From NCBI GenBank assembly GCA_038246075.1, contig JBBRRV010000001.1:20008-84007 (forward strand): a stretch of DNA of 64,000 nucleotides, read 5' to 3'. The translations under genes were made by a program, and so were the position numbers. The notes beneath the pieces are model-generated. The model worked only from the letters and a program-made list of their open reading frames with translations, made no database searches and was not told where the DNA came from. This document shows, piece by piece, positions 9,171-19,303 of this stretch. Position 1 is the stretch's first letter, and the number at the start of each line of letters is the position of its first letter. This DNA is from Bacteroidales bacterium (lineage in GTDB: Bacteria; Bacteroidota; Bacteroidia; Bacteroidales; DASVHX01).

Positions 9171-10529
9171 ATGAAGAAACTGCTTTTTATTTTTTTACTG
9201 GCTATCATTCTGAGCAGCTGCAAGAATACCGGTAGTGGTGAACTTACGGGGGTTCAGGGGAGAAAAAAATTCTATCAGCCTGATCCTTACGGGATGGCTT
9301 ATGTGCCCCTGGGAAGTTATACGATGGGTGTGGGTGATCAGGATGTTCCTTATGCCCATATTAACGATCCTCGTACGGTTACACTCGCAGCATTCTATAT
9401 GGATGAAACTGAAATAACCAACAATGAGTACAGGCAGTTCGTCTATTGGGTCAGGGATTCTATTGCACGTCGTCTGTTAGGTGAGGTTACCCCGGAAGAT
9501 TTCCTTATCTCGGAAAATAAAAAAACGGGCGAGACATTTGATCCTCCTTTTTTGAACTGGCAATCCAAGCTTGACTGGAGAAAAGAAGAAAACCGCGATG
9601 CCCTGGAGGAGATGTACCTTCCTGAGAACGAACGCTTTTTCAGACGTAAAGAAATTGATACACGTAAACTTTTTTACGAATACTATACAGTAGATCTTCG
9701 GGCCGCAGCCGCAAAAGATTACACCACACCGGGCGACAGCAAAAACGCTGGTTTGGCCAACCGGCCTCAGGGTATGAAAGACAGATCAGTTTACATCCGC
9801 AAGGAAGTGATTAATGTGTATCCCGATACATTGAGCTGGCTTCATGATTATGCATACAGTTTCAATGATCCGATGACAGAGCGATACTTCTGGCACCCGG
9901 CTTACGACAATTATCCTGTTGTTGGTGTAAACTGGAAACAGGCTACTGCCTTCTGCATCTGGCGGTCACGTTTTCTGGAATCCCATCTGAGATCAAAAGG
10001 TGATGCCATCGCAAATGAATTCCGCTTGCCTACAGAAGCTGAATGGGAATGGGCAGCCAGAGGAGGAAATACCTTTAGCCCTTATCCATGGGGAGGTCCT
10101 TATACCCGCAACGATAAAGGCTGTTTCCTGGCCAACTTTAAACCCTTAAGAGGGAATTATATCGACGATGGTGGCGCTACAACAGTAATTGTTGGCCATT
10201 ACCCACCCAATGACTTTGGTTTATATGATATGGCGGGCAACGTTTCTGAGTGGACCAACGATGCCTTTGATGAATCTTCCTATAATTTTACCTGGGACAT
10301 GAATCCCAGTTATATATACAATGCCAAGGACACAGATGCACCGGCATTGAAACGTAAAGTGGTGAGAGGCGGATCATGGAAAGATGTTGCCTATTACCTG
10401 CAGGTGGCTTCACGTGCATATGAATTCCAGGACTCCAGCAAGTGCTATATTGGATTCAGGTGTGTTCAGAATTACCTTGGACGTCAGAAGGATGACAACC
10501 CGGCACGTGCATCTAAAATCTACAATTAG
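9171..10529 (+). CDS. gldK: gliding motility / T9SS lipoprotein GldK (PorK), FGE-sulfatase fold
   Basis: Lipobox ILSSC|KN, an FGE-like region (VNWKQATAFCIWRS, RLPTEAEWEWAARGG, RGGSWKD), and position ahead of gldLMN. Confidence 0.9.
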   Translation: MKKLLFIFLLAIILSSCKNTGSGELTGVQGRKKFYQPDPYGMAYVPLGSYTMGVGDQDVPYAHINDPRTVTLAAFYMDETEITNNEYRQFVYWVRDSIARRLLGEVTPEDFLISENKKTGETFDPPFLNWQSKLDWRKEENRDALEEMYLPENERFFRRKEIDTRKLFYEYYTVDLRAAAAKDYTTPGDSKNAGLANRPQGMKDRSVYIRKEVINVYPDTLSWLHDYAYSFNDPMTERYFWHPAYDNYPVVGVNWKQATAFCIWRSRFLESHLRSKGDAIANEFRLPTEAEWEWAARGGNTFSPYPWGGPYTRNDKGCFLANFKPLRGNYIDDGGATTVIVGHYPPNDFGLYDMAGNVSEWTNDAFDESSYNFTWDMNPSYIYNAKDTDAPALKRKVVRGGSWKDVAYYLQVASRAYEFQDSSKCYIGFRCVQNYLGRQKDDNPARASKIYN

Positions 10530-10632
10530 CAACTTACACAAATAATCATAAGAATCATTATTTTCTTGTGCTTTTTCGATCATTATTCATCACAACTTTT
10601 GCATTAAAGAACTTTAAAAAAATACATACATC

Positions 10633-11658
10633 ATGGCCCTATCAGATTTAGTAAGAAGTAAAGGTTATAAAAATTTCATGGCCAAGCTTTATGGCATTGG
10701 TGCCTCTGTGGTTATCATAGGAGCCTTGTTTAAAATTAACCATTACTGGGGTGCTAACGGATTTCTTATTGTAGGTCTGGCAACGGAAGCCGTCATATTT
10801 TTCTTTTCAGCTTTCGAGCCGCCTCATGTTGATCCTGACTGGAGTCTCGTATATCCTGTACTTGGAGGGCTGGATAAACCCGATCATCGCGCCAGACCTT
10901 CCGATTCAGCATCTGTTACACAACAACTGGATGATATGCTCTCCAGTGCAAAAATTGGTCCGGAACTGATCCAGAGCCTGGGGGATGGACTGCGGAAAAT
11001 GAGTGAAAATACTTCCAAGATGTCGGAAGTAACCAATGCTGCAGTGGCAAATGATGAGTTTGTAAAAAATGTGAAGGCTGCTTCAAAATCAGTGACGGAT
11101 CTTTCAGCATCCTATATCCGTACTGCTGAAACATTAGACCAGGATGTAAATGTAGCGAAGGAATTCTCCACCAATCTCAAAAGTGCTTCCGGATCAGTAA
11201 CAAACCTCGCCAATGTATATAACGAAGTTACAACGTCCATCCGCAGCGAAATGGCTTCTACCGAAGAACTTACCGGAAGCATGAGAACAGCAACTGAGTC
11301 GGCCAACAAGCTCGCACTCAATTATAACAAATCGGCTGAAATTCTGGCTAAATCGGCGGAGATGCTTAATTTTTCAACTGTTGATGTCAAATCATACAAC
11401 GAACATCTGCAGAAGATTTCGGCTAACCTTGCAGCACTCAATACAGTTTACGAACTGCAGCTAAAAGGTTCAAAGGAACAGATTGAATCCTCATCGAAGA
11501 TGCGCAGCACGGTGGATCAGTTTGTGAATAATCTGAATGATTCCTCAACAAACATGACAAAATACAAGGAAGAAATCGACAGCCTTACCAAACGCGTTGC
11601 CGCACTGAACAACGTTTATGGGAATATGCTCACTGCCATGAACGTCAACCTTAAATAA
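10633..11658 (+). CDS. gldL: gliding motility / T9SS protein GldL (PorL)
   Basis: Two N-terminal TM helices (KLYGIGASVVIIGALFKI..., GLATEAVIFFFSAFEPP) followed by a long helical cytoplasmic tail. Operon context supports the call. Confidence 0.9.
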   Translation: MALSDLVRSKGYKNFMAKLYGIGASVVIIGALFKINHYWGANGFLIVGLATEAVIFFFSAFEPPHVDPDWSLVYPVLGGLDKPDHRARPSDSASVTQQLDDMLSSAKIGPELIQSLGDGLRKMSENTSKMSEVTNAAVANDEFVKNVKAASKSVTDLSASYIRTAETLDQDVNVAKEFSTNLKSASGSVTNLANVYNEVTTSIRSEMASTEELTGSMRTATESANKLALNYNKSAEILAKSAEMLNFSTVDVKSYNEHLQKISANLAALNTVYELQLKGSKEQIESSSKMRSTVDQFVNNLNDSSTNMTKYKEEIDSLTKRVAALNNVYGNMLTAMNVNLK

Positions 11659-11698
11659 CCTTATTCTAATCCATTAACTTAAATAATTTAATACCATT

Positions 11699-13258
11699 AT
11701 GGCTGGATATAAGGAAACGCCTCGGCAGAAAATGATTGCAATGATGTACCTGGTGTTAACGGCTTTGCTGGCCCTTAATGTTTCTGTCGAAATTCTCCAG
11801 GCTTTCATTATTGTAAACGAAAGCATGGAATCGACAAATCAGACCTTTGCAAAAAAGATTGATGCCACATATTCAAAATTTGAAATGCAGTATAATCTCA
11901 ATAAGTCCAAGGTTGGGCCTTACTGGGAAAGCGCCAAGAAAGCCGCCACGCTGTCCGAGGATTTGAAAAAGTATATTAATAATGTAAAATACACCGTAAT
12001 CTCAAAATCTGATGGTATCAGTTATGAGCAGGCAAGTAAAATTCCCCTGCGGCTGGTAGAAACCAAGGATAAATATGATCAGCCAACCAATTATTTTATC
12101 GGGAATTCGCAGGATGGCTCGGCCGGAAAAGCCCGCGAACTAAAGGAAAAGATCAATGAGTATAAGGTTGGAATGCTGAAACTTATCGATCCGCAATCGC
12201 GCAACGTGATCAAACTGGGCCTCGATACAGACGGTCCTTTCTATGATGCCAGTGGCATGAAGCAAAACTGGGAAATGCATAACTTTTATGTAACCATTCT
12301 TGCCGCAGATGTCACGATCCTGAATAAACTCATTGCCGAAGTGCAAAGTGCCGAACTCGACGTGATCTCGCACCTGTATGCATCGGTTAGTGCCGAAGAC
12401 TTCAAGTTTGATAAAATCGCTGCCAAGGTCGTTCCTAAAAGTCAGTACGTTTTCTTAGGTGAAAATTATGAAGCCGAAATATTCGTTGCAGCATATGATA
12501 CCAAGCAAAACCCTGAAGTTATGATTGGCGGTCGTTCTATAGAAGGAAAGGAAGGGGTGGCGCAATACAAGGTGCCGGCAAGCTCGGAAGGCCCAAAAGT
12601 CTATGAAGGGACCATTAAGATAGCTGCACCAAACGGTGATATAATGTCATATCCTTTTAAGAGTGATTACATTGTTGCACCTCCGACACTAACCATCTCA
12701 GCTACCAAGATGAATGTATTCTACATTGGGGTTGATAATCCTGTCTCCATATCGGCCGGGGGAGTGGCTGATGCCAACCTCTTACCAAAGATTACATCAG
12801 GTTCAACTATCAGCAGAAGCGGGAAAGGATGGATGGTAAGGTCAAATCAGCCCGGAAAAAGCATCATATCTGTGGAAGCCAGGATGGGGGACCGTGTAAA
12901 ATCAATGGGAACCATGGAATTCAGGGTTAAACGTGTACCCGATCCCAAGCCTTATATCGCAAATACTGAAGGTGGAAACGTAGCTAAAAACTTATTGATT
13001 GCTTCAGGTGCCATTATCCCACGGATGCCCCAGGATTTTGAATTTGACCTGAGTCCTGTCATCACCTCTTATTCATTTGTTTCGATGCGCGGAAGTGATA
13101 TTATACAACTGGAGGGCAAAGGCAACAGGCTGAGCGAAGAAATGAAGAAGATTATTGGTAATGCCAAGCGTGGTGGTCGTATCTGGCTCGAAGATATCTA
13201 TTGCAAGATGCCTGACGGTTCACGAAAATTAGGTACCATCAGCCTAATCATTCAATAA
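11699..13258 (+). CDS. gldM: gliding motility / T9SS protein GldM (PorM)
   Basis: N-terminus MAGYKETPRQKMIAMMYLVLTALLALNVS is the conserved GldM opening, followed by a large periplasmic region. Operon context supports the call. Confidence 0.9.
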   Translation: MAGYKETPRQKMIAMMYLVLTALLALNVSVEILQAFIIVNESMESTNQTFAKKIDATYSKFEMQYNLNKSKVGPYWESAKKAATLSEDLKKYINNVKYTVISKSDGISYEQASKIPLRLVETKDKYDQPTNYFIGNSQDGSAGKARELKEKINEYKVGMLKLIDPQSRNVIKLGLDTDGPFYDASGMKQNWEMHNFYVTILAADVTILNKLIAEVQSAELDVISHLYASVSAEDFKFDKIAAKVVPKSQYVFLGENYEAEIFVAAYDTKQNPEVMIGGRSIEGKEGVAQYKVPASSEGPKVYEGTIKIAAPNGDIMSYPFKSDYIVAPPTLTISATKMNVFYIGVDNPVSISAGGVADANLLPKITSGSTISRSGKGWMVRSNQPGKSIISVEARMGDRVKSMGTMEFRVKRVPDPKPYIANTEGGNVAKNLLIASGAIIPRMPQDFEFDLSPVITSYSFVSMRGSDIIQLEGKGNRLSEEMKKIIGNAKRGGRIWLEDIYCKMPDGSRKLGTISLIIQ

Positions 13259-13386
13259 CTATAAATATATATTGCTGAACCTGAATATCATCAAATAATA
13301 AATAGCATAGTGTAATTGATTTCGAACCAGCCAAACATGATCAAATGGCTGTTCCTTGTGACCTGTGAAATAACAAATAAGTACTT

Positions 13387-14241
13387 ATGAAAAAAATTAT
13401 TTTCTTACTTCCTGTTTTTGTCCTCCTGGCCCTGATGGCCAATGCTCAGCAGGTGCTGGATAGCCCTCCGCTGGATGGCGTGTATGTTAAGAACAACATA
13501 TTGGAAAGAAAACCTATAACCTATCCTTATATCCGTGAAGCGGATATTATGTGGTCCAAACGCATCTGGCGTGTGATTGAGATGCGCGAAAAAATGAACC
13601 AGGCTTTCTACTATCCTGAAATTCCGCATAACAACTGGCGCAGCTTTATGACAGTTTTGATGGACGGCATTAAAGAAGGGACCATAACGGCCTATGATGC
13701 ATCTTCCAGTACAGATGAATTTATTATTCCCCTTACAAAGGATGAATTGATGAAACGCCTGGAGCGCACCGACACCGTTTCCCTCCAACGTTCCTATGCT
13801 CCCTATGATTATTACGATACGGTCATGGCAGTTAAGTTTGAACCTACAGATGTTAAGCGTTTGAGGATAAAGGAAGATATATTTTTTGACAAGCAGCGTT
13901 CAGTTACTGAAATTCGCATCATTGGCATCGGGCCCGTAAAGGATAACGTTGATCCCAAGACAGGTGAATTCAGAGGATATCAGCAATTGTTCTGGGTTAA
14001 CTTTGCGGAAGCCAGGCCATTACTTGCCAAAGCCGAAGTATTCAACCGTCAGAATACTGCACAAAAAATGACGTATGACGATCTTTTCTGGAAACGACTG
14101 TTTGACAGTTATATATACAAAGAAGAAAACGTGTATGACCGTAAAATTGATGAATACGCAACAGGTCTTGATGCCTTGCTGGAATCAGAACGCATAAAGA
14201 ACGAACTTTTCAATTTCGAACAGAATCTTTGGGAATATTAA
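13387..14241 (+). CDS. gldN: gliding motility / T9SS protein GldN (PorN)
   Basis: Signal peptide plus PLDGVYVK...YPYIREADIMWSKRIWRVIEMREKMN, typical of GldN. It is the last gene of the cluster. Confidence 0.9.
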   Translation: MKKIIFLLPVFVLLALMANAQQVLDSPPLDGVYVKNNILERKPITYPYIREADIMWSKRIWRVIEMREKMNQAFYYPEIPHNNWRSFMTVLMDGIKEGTITAYDASSSTDEFIIPLTKDELMKRLERTDTVSLQRSYAPYDYYDTVMAVKFEPTDVKRLRIKEDIFFDKQRSVTEIRIIGIGPVKDNVDPKTGEFRGYQQLFWVNFAEARPLLAKAEVFNRQNTAQKMTYDDLFWKRLFDSYIYKEENVYDRKIDEYATGLDALLESERIKNELFNFEQNLWEY

Positions 14242-14261
14242 ACTGAGAAAATGACTTAGAA

Positions 14262-14296
14262 AGCCCTGTCGCGTCATGCGGCCGGGCTTTTTTTTG
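14262..14296 (+). terminator. Rho-independent terminator closing the porP-gldKLMN operon
   Basis: AGCCCTGTCGC...GCGGCCGGGCT hairpin followed by TTTTTTTT, 20 nt after the gldN stop codon. Confidence 0.6.
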
Positions 14297-14398
14297 TGCA
14301 GCAAAATGCTGCTTTGCGTTTCCGCTGAGACTGAATTAAGGTAATCTCTTTGTAAACGTTGTTTTTATGTAAGTTTGTATCGGCCACCAAATCCAGCA

Positions 14399-16504
14399 AT
14401 GTCGCATCAATTTCTAGAAACCAAAGTCGAATTTCTGAAAGGAGTCGGGCCTAGAAAAGCCGAGTTACTATCGCGTGAGCTTAACATAAGCACTTTTGCC
14501 GACCTCATTACTTACTATCCTTTCCGTTATGTGGACCGCAGCCGTTTTTATACCGTAAGCCAGATAAATGATGAATCCGCCTGGGTGCAGTTGCGCGGAA
14601 AGATCACTGGTGTCCAGCTGCTTGGAACAGGTCATGCCACCCGCTTGTCAGCTACTTTCCGCGATGCAAGCGGAAGCATTGAACTGATCTGGTTCCAGGG
14701 GATAAAGTGGGTGAAAGATAAGTTTAATGCCGATGAGGAATATGTGGTTTTCGGTAAACCATCACTCTTTAACGGACGCTATAATATCTCGCATCCTGAA
14801 GTTGAAACCTGGGCTATGCATTCAACACAGGCTGCGGATACGCTTCAGCCATTTTACAACACTACCGAGAAGTTGAAGGCGCAGGGGCTCAACAGCCGTG
14901 CTATAGGAAAGCTGATACACATGCTTTTGACATCGGCAAAAGGCAGGTTATCCGAAACGCTGCCTGATGAAATTTTGCAGGCAAAAAACCTGGCAGGGAG
15001 CGAAGAAGCGCTTACCAACATACACTTTCCGCTTCATCCCGCGGCACTTGCAAAAGCTGTACAACGCATCAAATTTGAGGAACTGTTTTTTATCCAGTTG
15101 CGGCTGCTGAAGCTCAAGATAATACGCATGCAAAAGCTTCAGGGGCTCAGATTTCCTGTAATCGGCGAACTCTTCAATTCATTTTACCACAAATATTTAC
15201 CCTTTGAACTTACCGGTGCGCAGAAGAAAGTATTGCGTGAAATAAGGGCCGACCTTGGGTCGGGGCATCAGATGAACCGTTTGTTACAGGGTGATGTAGG
15301 CAGCGGAAAAACACTCGTGGCACTGATGAGTATGCTTATCGCACTGGATAACGGTTATCAGGCCTGCCTGATGGCTCCAACCGAGATACTGGCTAACCAG
15401 CATTTTGCTACGATCACCAGAATGCTCAGCGGCATGCCGGTAACGATAGATCTGCTCACCGGCAGTACCCGCAAGGTGCAGCGCAAGCTGCTTCACGAAA
15501 ACCTGTCAGCCGGTGACTTACACATTCTCATCGGAACACATGCCCTCATTGAGGATACCGTAATATTCAGTAAACTTGGAATGGTCATCATTGATGAACA
15601 GCATCGCTTCGGTGTCGAACAAAGAGCCAGGATGTGGTCCAAAAGCACTGTCCTGCCTCATATTCTCGTAATGACAGCCACACCCATTCCGCGCACACTT
15701 GCCATGACATTGTATGGCGACCTGGATTATTCCGTCATAGATGAATTGCCTCCGGGACGCAAGCCGGTAAAGACATACCACTTCTTCGACAAGGATATTC
15801 CGAAGGTTTTTGGGTTTATGAAAAGGCAGATAGCAGAAGGAAGGCAAATATTTGTGGTATATCCGTTGATCAAGGAATCAGAAAAACTCGATCTGAAGGA
15901 TCTGGAGGAAGGTTTCAGAACAATTGAAATCGAATTTCCTGCTCCCCGCTATGCAGTGAGCATGGTGCACGGGCAGATGAAAGCAAATGAAAAGGAAGCG
16001 GAGATGCAGCGTTTTGTTCGCGGAGAAACACATATTATGGTAGCTACCACAGTGATCGAAGTGGGCGTTGATGTTCCCAATGCTTCTGTCATGGTAATCG
16101 AGAATGCCGAGCGGTTTGGATTATCGCAGCTTCACCAGCTGCGCGGCAGGGTGGGAAGAGGAGCTGATGCTTCACATTGCCTGCTTATTACCAGTTACAA
16201 ACTAACCACCGATGGCCGCAAGCGTATTGAGACCATGGTGCGCACTTCCGACGGATTCGAAATAGCCGATACCGACCTGAGGCTCAGGGGACCTGGCGAC
16301 CTGGAAGGAACGCAGCAGAGCGGTATTGTCGACCTGAAACTGGCCGATATCATTCATGATGAAAGAATTATCCGTGAAGCACGCGAACTGGCTACAGCTG
16401 TCCTGGATGATGACCCGATGCTCGAAAAACCCGGGAATTATCGCCTGGCTTCTCATCTTAATTATTTGAACAGGATCAAAACCAATATGGGGATGATCAG
16501 TTGA
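14399..16504 (+). CDS. recG: ATP-dependent DNA helicase RecG
   Basis: Wedge-domain N-terminus, Walker A GDVGSGKT, DEQHRFG, TATPIPRT and QLRGRVGRG motifs. I prefer ATG 14399 (MSHQFLETKVEFLKGVGP) over the TTG at 14375 given in the ORF track. Confidence 0.95.
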   Translation: MSHQFLETKVEFLKGVGPRKAELLSRELNISTFADLITYYPFRYVDRSRFYTVSQINDESAWVQLRGKITGVQLLGTGHATRLSATFRDASGSIELIWFQGIKWVKDKFNADEEYVVFGKPSLFNGRYNISHPEVETWAMHSTQAADTLQPFYNTTEKLKAQGLNSRAIGKLIHMLLTSAKGRLSETLPDEILQAKNLAGSEEALTNIHFPLHPAALAKAVQRIKFEELFFIQLRLLKLKIIRMQKLQGLRFPVIGELFNSFYHKYLPFELTGAQKKVLREIRADLGSGHQMNRLLQGDVGSGKTLVALMSMLIALDNGYQACLMAPTEILANQHFATITRMLSGMPVTIDLLTGSTRKVQRKLLHENLSAGDLHILIGTHALIEDTVIFSKLGMVIIDEQHRFGVEQRARMWSKSTVLPHILVMTATPIPRTLAMTLYGDLDYSVIDELPPGRKPVKTYHFFDKDIPKVFGFMKRQIAEGRQIFVVYPLIKESEKLDLKDLEEGFRTIEIEFPAPRYAVSMVHGQMKANEKEAEMQRFVRGETHIMVATTVIEVGVDVPNASVMVIENAERFGLSQLHQLRGRVGRGADASHCLLITSYKLTTDGRKRIETMVRTSDGFEIADTDLRLRGPGDLEGTQQSGIVDLKLADIIHDERIIREARELATAVLDDDPMLEKPGNYRLASHLNYLNRIKTNMGMIS

Positions 16505-16595
16505 GTAATCCGCCATTATAGGCGTTTTTCACTTCGACCTGTTCCATTCGCCTTTTTATCCTTATTTTTGCGCTTCCTTTTAATATTGGCGTATA

Positions 16596-19064
16596 ATGAA
16601 GATTTCATACAATTGGCTTAAAAAATACCTGGATATTGATCTTCCGGCAGAGGAAGTATCTGTTTTGCTGACCGGCTGTGGCCTTGAAGTAGAGGCTGTG
16701 GATCTTTACGAACAGGCAAAAGGCGGGCTTGCCGGAGTGGTTGTTGGTGAGGTGATGAATTGCATCCGCCACCCGAATGCTGATAAGCTGAGTCTAACCA
16801 AGGTAAATACAGGCGGCGGCGAACTGCTCAGCATTGTATGTGGTGCACCAAACGTAGCTGCCGGCCAGAAAGTTGCTGTTGCAACAATCGGTGCGACACT
16901 CTATGCTGGAGCAGAAGCTTTTCAGATTAAACTATCAAAGATCAGGGGCGAAGTATCGGAAGGAATGATATGTGCAGAAGATGAACTTGGCCTTGGTGAT
17001 TCCCATTCAGGCATCATGGTGCTCCCTGCTGATGCACCAATTGGAATGACGGTAAAAGACTATCTTGAACTGGCCGAAGATGTTGTTTTCGAGATCGGGC
17101 TGACTGCAAACCGCTCTGATGCTACTTCGCATATGGGCGTGGCGCGCGATCTGGCTACGGTATTGAATAACCTGCCGGGAAGTTTGCATCGCTTAAGTCT
17201 CAATATCCCTTCAGTTGACAAATTCAAAGTTGATAACGAGGAGCTATCGATTGACGTAATCGTGGAAGATAATATTGCCTGTCCGCGTTATTCCGGGATT
17301 ACATTAAAAGGAATAGCAGTTAGGGAATCGCCCTCCTGGCTCAAGGAATTACTCAAAGCAATCGGCATCAGACCGATAAATAATATTGTGGACATTACCA
17401 ATTTTATCCTCTTCGAAACCGGACAACCCTTGCATGCTTTTGATGCTAAACAGATAACAGGAGGGAAAGTCATTGTGAAAAAGCTGGCCGAAGGAACTCC
17501 TTTTGTAACACTCGATGAAGTGGAACGAAAACTGGCTGCCAATGACCTCATGATTTGCAACAGCGATGCGGGCATGTGTATTGCCGGTGTTTTTGGCGGC
17601 GCAGGATCGGGGATAAAAACTACTACAACAGATATCTTCCTGGAAAGTGCCTATTTTGATCCGACATCGGTACGCAAAACAGCAAAATATCATGGCCTGA
17701 AAACGGATGCTTCATTCCGCTTCGAGCGCGGAGCCGACCCGAATATTACCATTTATGCTCTCAAACGTGCTGCCCTGCTGATTAAGGAAATTGCCGGCGG
17801 CAAAATTTCTTCGCAGATTGTTGATGTGTATGCATCACCTATTCAAAATAAGCCCGTTGAAGTATCCTTCAGAAGCATTGATGCACTCATTGGGAAACAG
17901 ATAGACCATGTGGTGATCAAAAGCATACTGATCGACCTGGGGATTGAAATTACGGAAAGCCGTCCCGACGGACTATCCTTATCAGTCCCGCCATTTAAAG
18001 CAGATGTATACCGTGAAGTGGATGTGGTGGAAGAGATACTGCGTATCTATGGCTATAACAATATCGAATTTACCGGCAACCTTCACGCGTCGATTTCATA
18101 CAGCCCAAAACCCGATCGCGAAAGGCTCACCGAGCTGGCATCCAATTATCTCAGCGATAATGGGTTCAGCGAAATAGTGACCAATTCACTCACGACCTCA
18201 GCTTATTATGCTCATTCAGAAGTTTTCAGGCCCGAACACAGTGTCAGAATTCTCAACCCGCTCTCCAAGGAGCTGGATGTCATGCGGCAAACACTTCTGT
18301 TCAGCGGGCTGGAGTCCATCGTATACAATATCAACCACCGCCAGACCGATCTGCGGTTCTATGAGATAGGAACTACCTATAAGCTGAATCCTGCACATAG
18401 CGAAAGCCAGGATGTGACATTACGCTTCATCGAGAACAAACGGCTGGTTATTTACATTACCGGGCGGATGGAGCCCGAAAACTGGAATACCGGAAAGGGT
18501 AAAACTGATTATTATGCGCTGAAATCTTACGTGCTTTCGTTGCTGCGTAAAATGGGCATTTCCATTGATAAGTTTACGATCGCTGATTCGGAACTACAGG
18601 TATTCGCTTACGGTGAATCCTATTCCAATCACGGGAGGACGCTGATGTCGATTGGCGAAGTGGCACCTGCATTATTGCAGCAGTTCGGTATTCGTCAGCA
18701 GGTTTTCTATGCTGATATGGATTGGGATATGATGGCAGGCCTAACTGTGGGTGGCTCAGTGAAGTATCACGATGTTTCCAAATTACCGGAAGTCCGGCGC
18801 GACCTTGCCCTGGTCATCGAAAAACATGTCCGCTTTGCCGATATTGAAAAACTGGCGTATGCAAATGGCCGTCAATTGCTCAGGAAGGTAAACCTGTTTG
18901 ATGTTTATGAAGGGGAGAATATCGGGAAAGATAAAAAATCGTATGCTGTAAGTTTCATCCTGCAGGATGAACATAAGACACTTACCGATAAAGAGATCGA
19001 TAAATTCATGAACCGGTTGATTGAGGCGTTTGAACATGAACTCAATGCTGTAATCCGGCGCTGA
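16596..19064 (+). CDS. pheT: phenylalanine--tRNA ligase beta subunit
   Basis: MKISYNWLKKYLD opening, tRNA-binding (OB) domain, B3/4 and B5 regions, and a C-terminal FDX-ACB-like domain. Length 822 aa. Confidence 0.95.
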   Translation: MKISYNWLKKYLDIDLPAEEVSVLLTGCGLEVEAVDLYEQAKGGLAGVVVGEVMNCIRHPNADKLSLTKVNTGGGELLSIVCGAPNVAAGQKVAVATIGATLYAGAEAFQIKLSKIRGEVSEGMICAEDELGLGDSHSGIMVLPADAPIGMTVKDYLELAEDVVFEIGLTANRSDATSHMGVARDLATVLNNLPGSLHRLSLNIPSVDKFKVDNEELSIDVIVEDNIACPRYSGITLKGIAVRESPSWLKELLKAIGIRPINNIVDITNFILFETGQPLHAFDAKQITGGKVIVKKLAEGTPFVTLDEVERKLAANDLMICNSDAGMCIAGVFGGAGSGIKTTTTDIFLESAYFDPTSVRKTAKYHGLKTDASFRFERGADPNITIYALKRAALLIKEIAGGKISSQIVDVYASPIQNKPVEVSFRSIDALIGKQIDHVVIKSILIDLGIEITESRPDGLSLSVPPFKADVYREVDVVEEILRIYGYNNIEFTGNLHASISYSPKPDRERLTELASNYLSDNGFSEIVTNSLTTSAYYAHSEVFRPEHSVRILNPLSKELDVMRQTLLFSGLESIVYNINHRQTDLRFYEIGTTYKLNPAHSESQDVTLRFIENKRLVIYITGRMEPENWNTGKGKTDYYALKSYVLSLLRKMGISIDKFTIADSELQVFAYGESYSNHGRTLMSIGEVAPALLQQFGIRQQVFYADMDWDMMAGLTVGGSVKYHDVSKLPEVRRDLALVIEKHVRFADIEKLAYANGRQLLRKVNLFDVYEGENIGKDKKSYAVSFILQDEHKTLTDKEIDKFMNRLIEAFEHELNAVIRR

Positions 19065-19070
19065 TATTTT

Positions 19071-19097
19071 CGCCCCTCGCCCTCTCGCCCCTTCTCT
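19071..19097. repeat. C-rich degenerate tandem repeat CGCCCCT/CGCCCTCT/CGCCCCTTCT (complement carries GGGGCGAG)
   Basis: Read directly. It begins 7 nt after the pheT stop codon. Confidence 0.8.
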
Positions 19098-19265
19098 ATA
19101 TTAATGTGTACCTGTTCGTACCATCATTTTATGCGGGTCGTCTTTTTGCTGGATATTTATTGCGTTTGGTAAGCCGGTTTATCTGGCAAGTGTTAAGAAT
19201 TGCCAAAATGGCAGAAATCAGACAAAAATTCACCCTCAGTATTTCCCGGATTCCCGATTAAGAAT

Positions 19266-19273
19266 TAACTTTG
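19266..19273 (+). promoter_or_regulatory. Bacteroidota -7 promoter box candidate (TAACTTTG) for the sigma-54 activator gene
   Basis: Matches the TAnnTTTG consensus, 30 nt upstream of ATG 19304. No clear -33 TTTG element was seen. Confidence 0.3.
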
Positions 19274-19303
19274 CAATATTGCAGCCTGCTTTAAGGGCTG
19301 CCA

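Noticed and set aside
13318-13332. GGTTCGAAATC-like string (minus strand) resembling a tRNA T-arm in the gldM-gldN spacer
   Set aside because: The flanking sequence is AT-rich and cannot form acceptor, D or anticodon stems. I found no tRNA cloverleaf there.
14375-14398. TTG-initiated N-terminal extensions suggested by the ORF track for recG (14375), and likewise guaB (31934), MoxR (37996), amidase (56321), gatE (60519), mutA (44146) and ridA (49370)
   Set aside because: In each case an internal ATG gives the canonical family N-terminus (or a proper signal peptide). The extension has atypical composition or overlaps promoter-like sequence.
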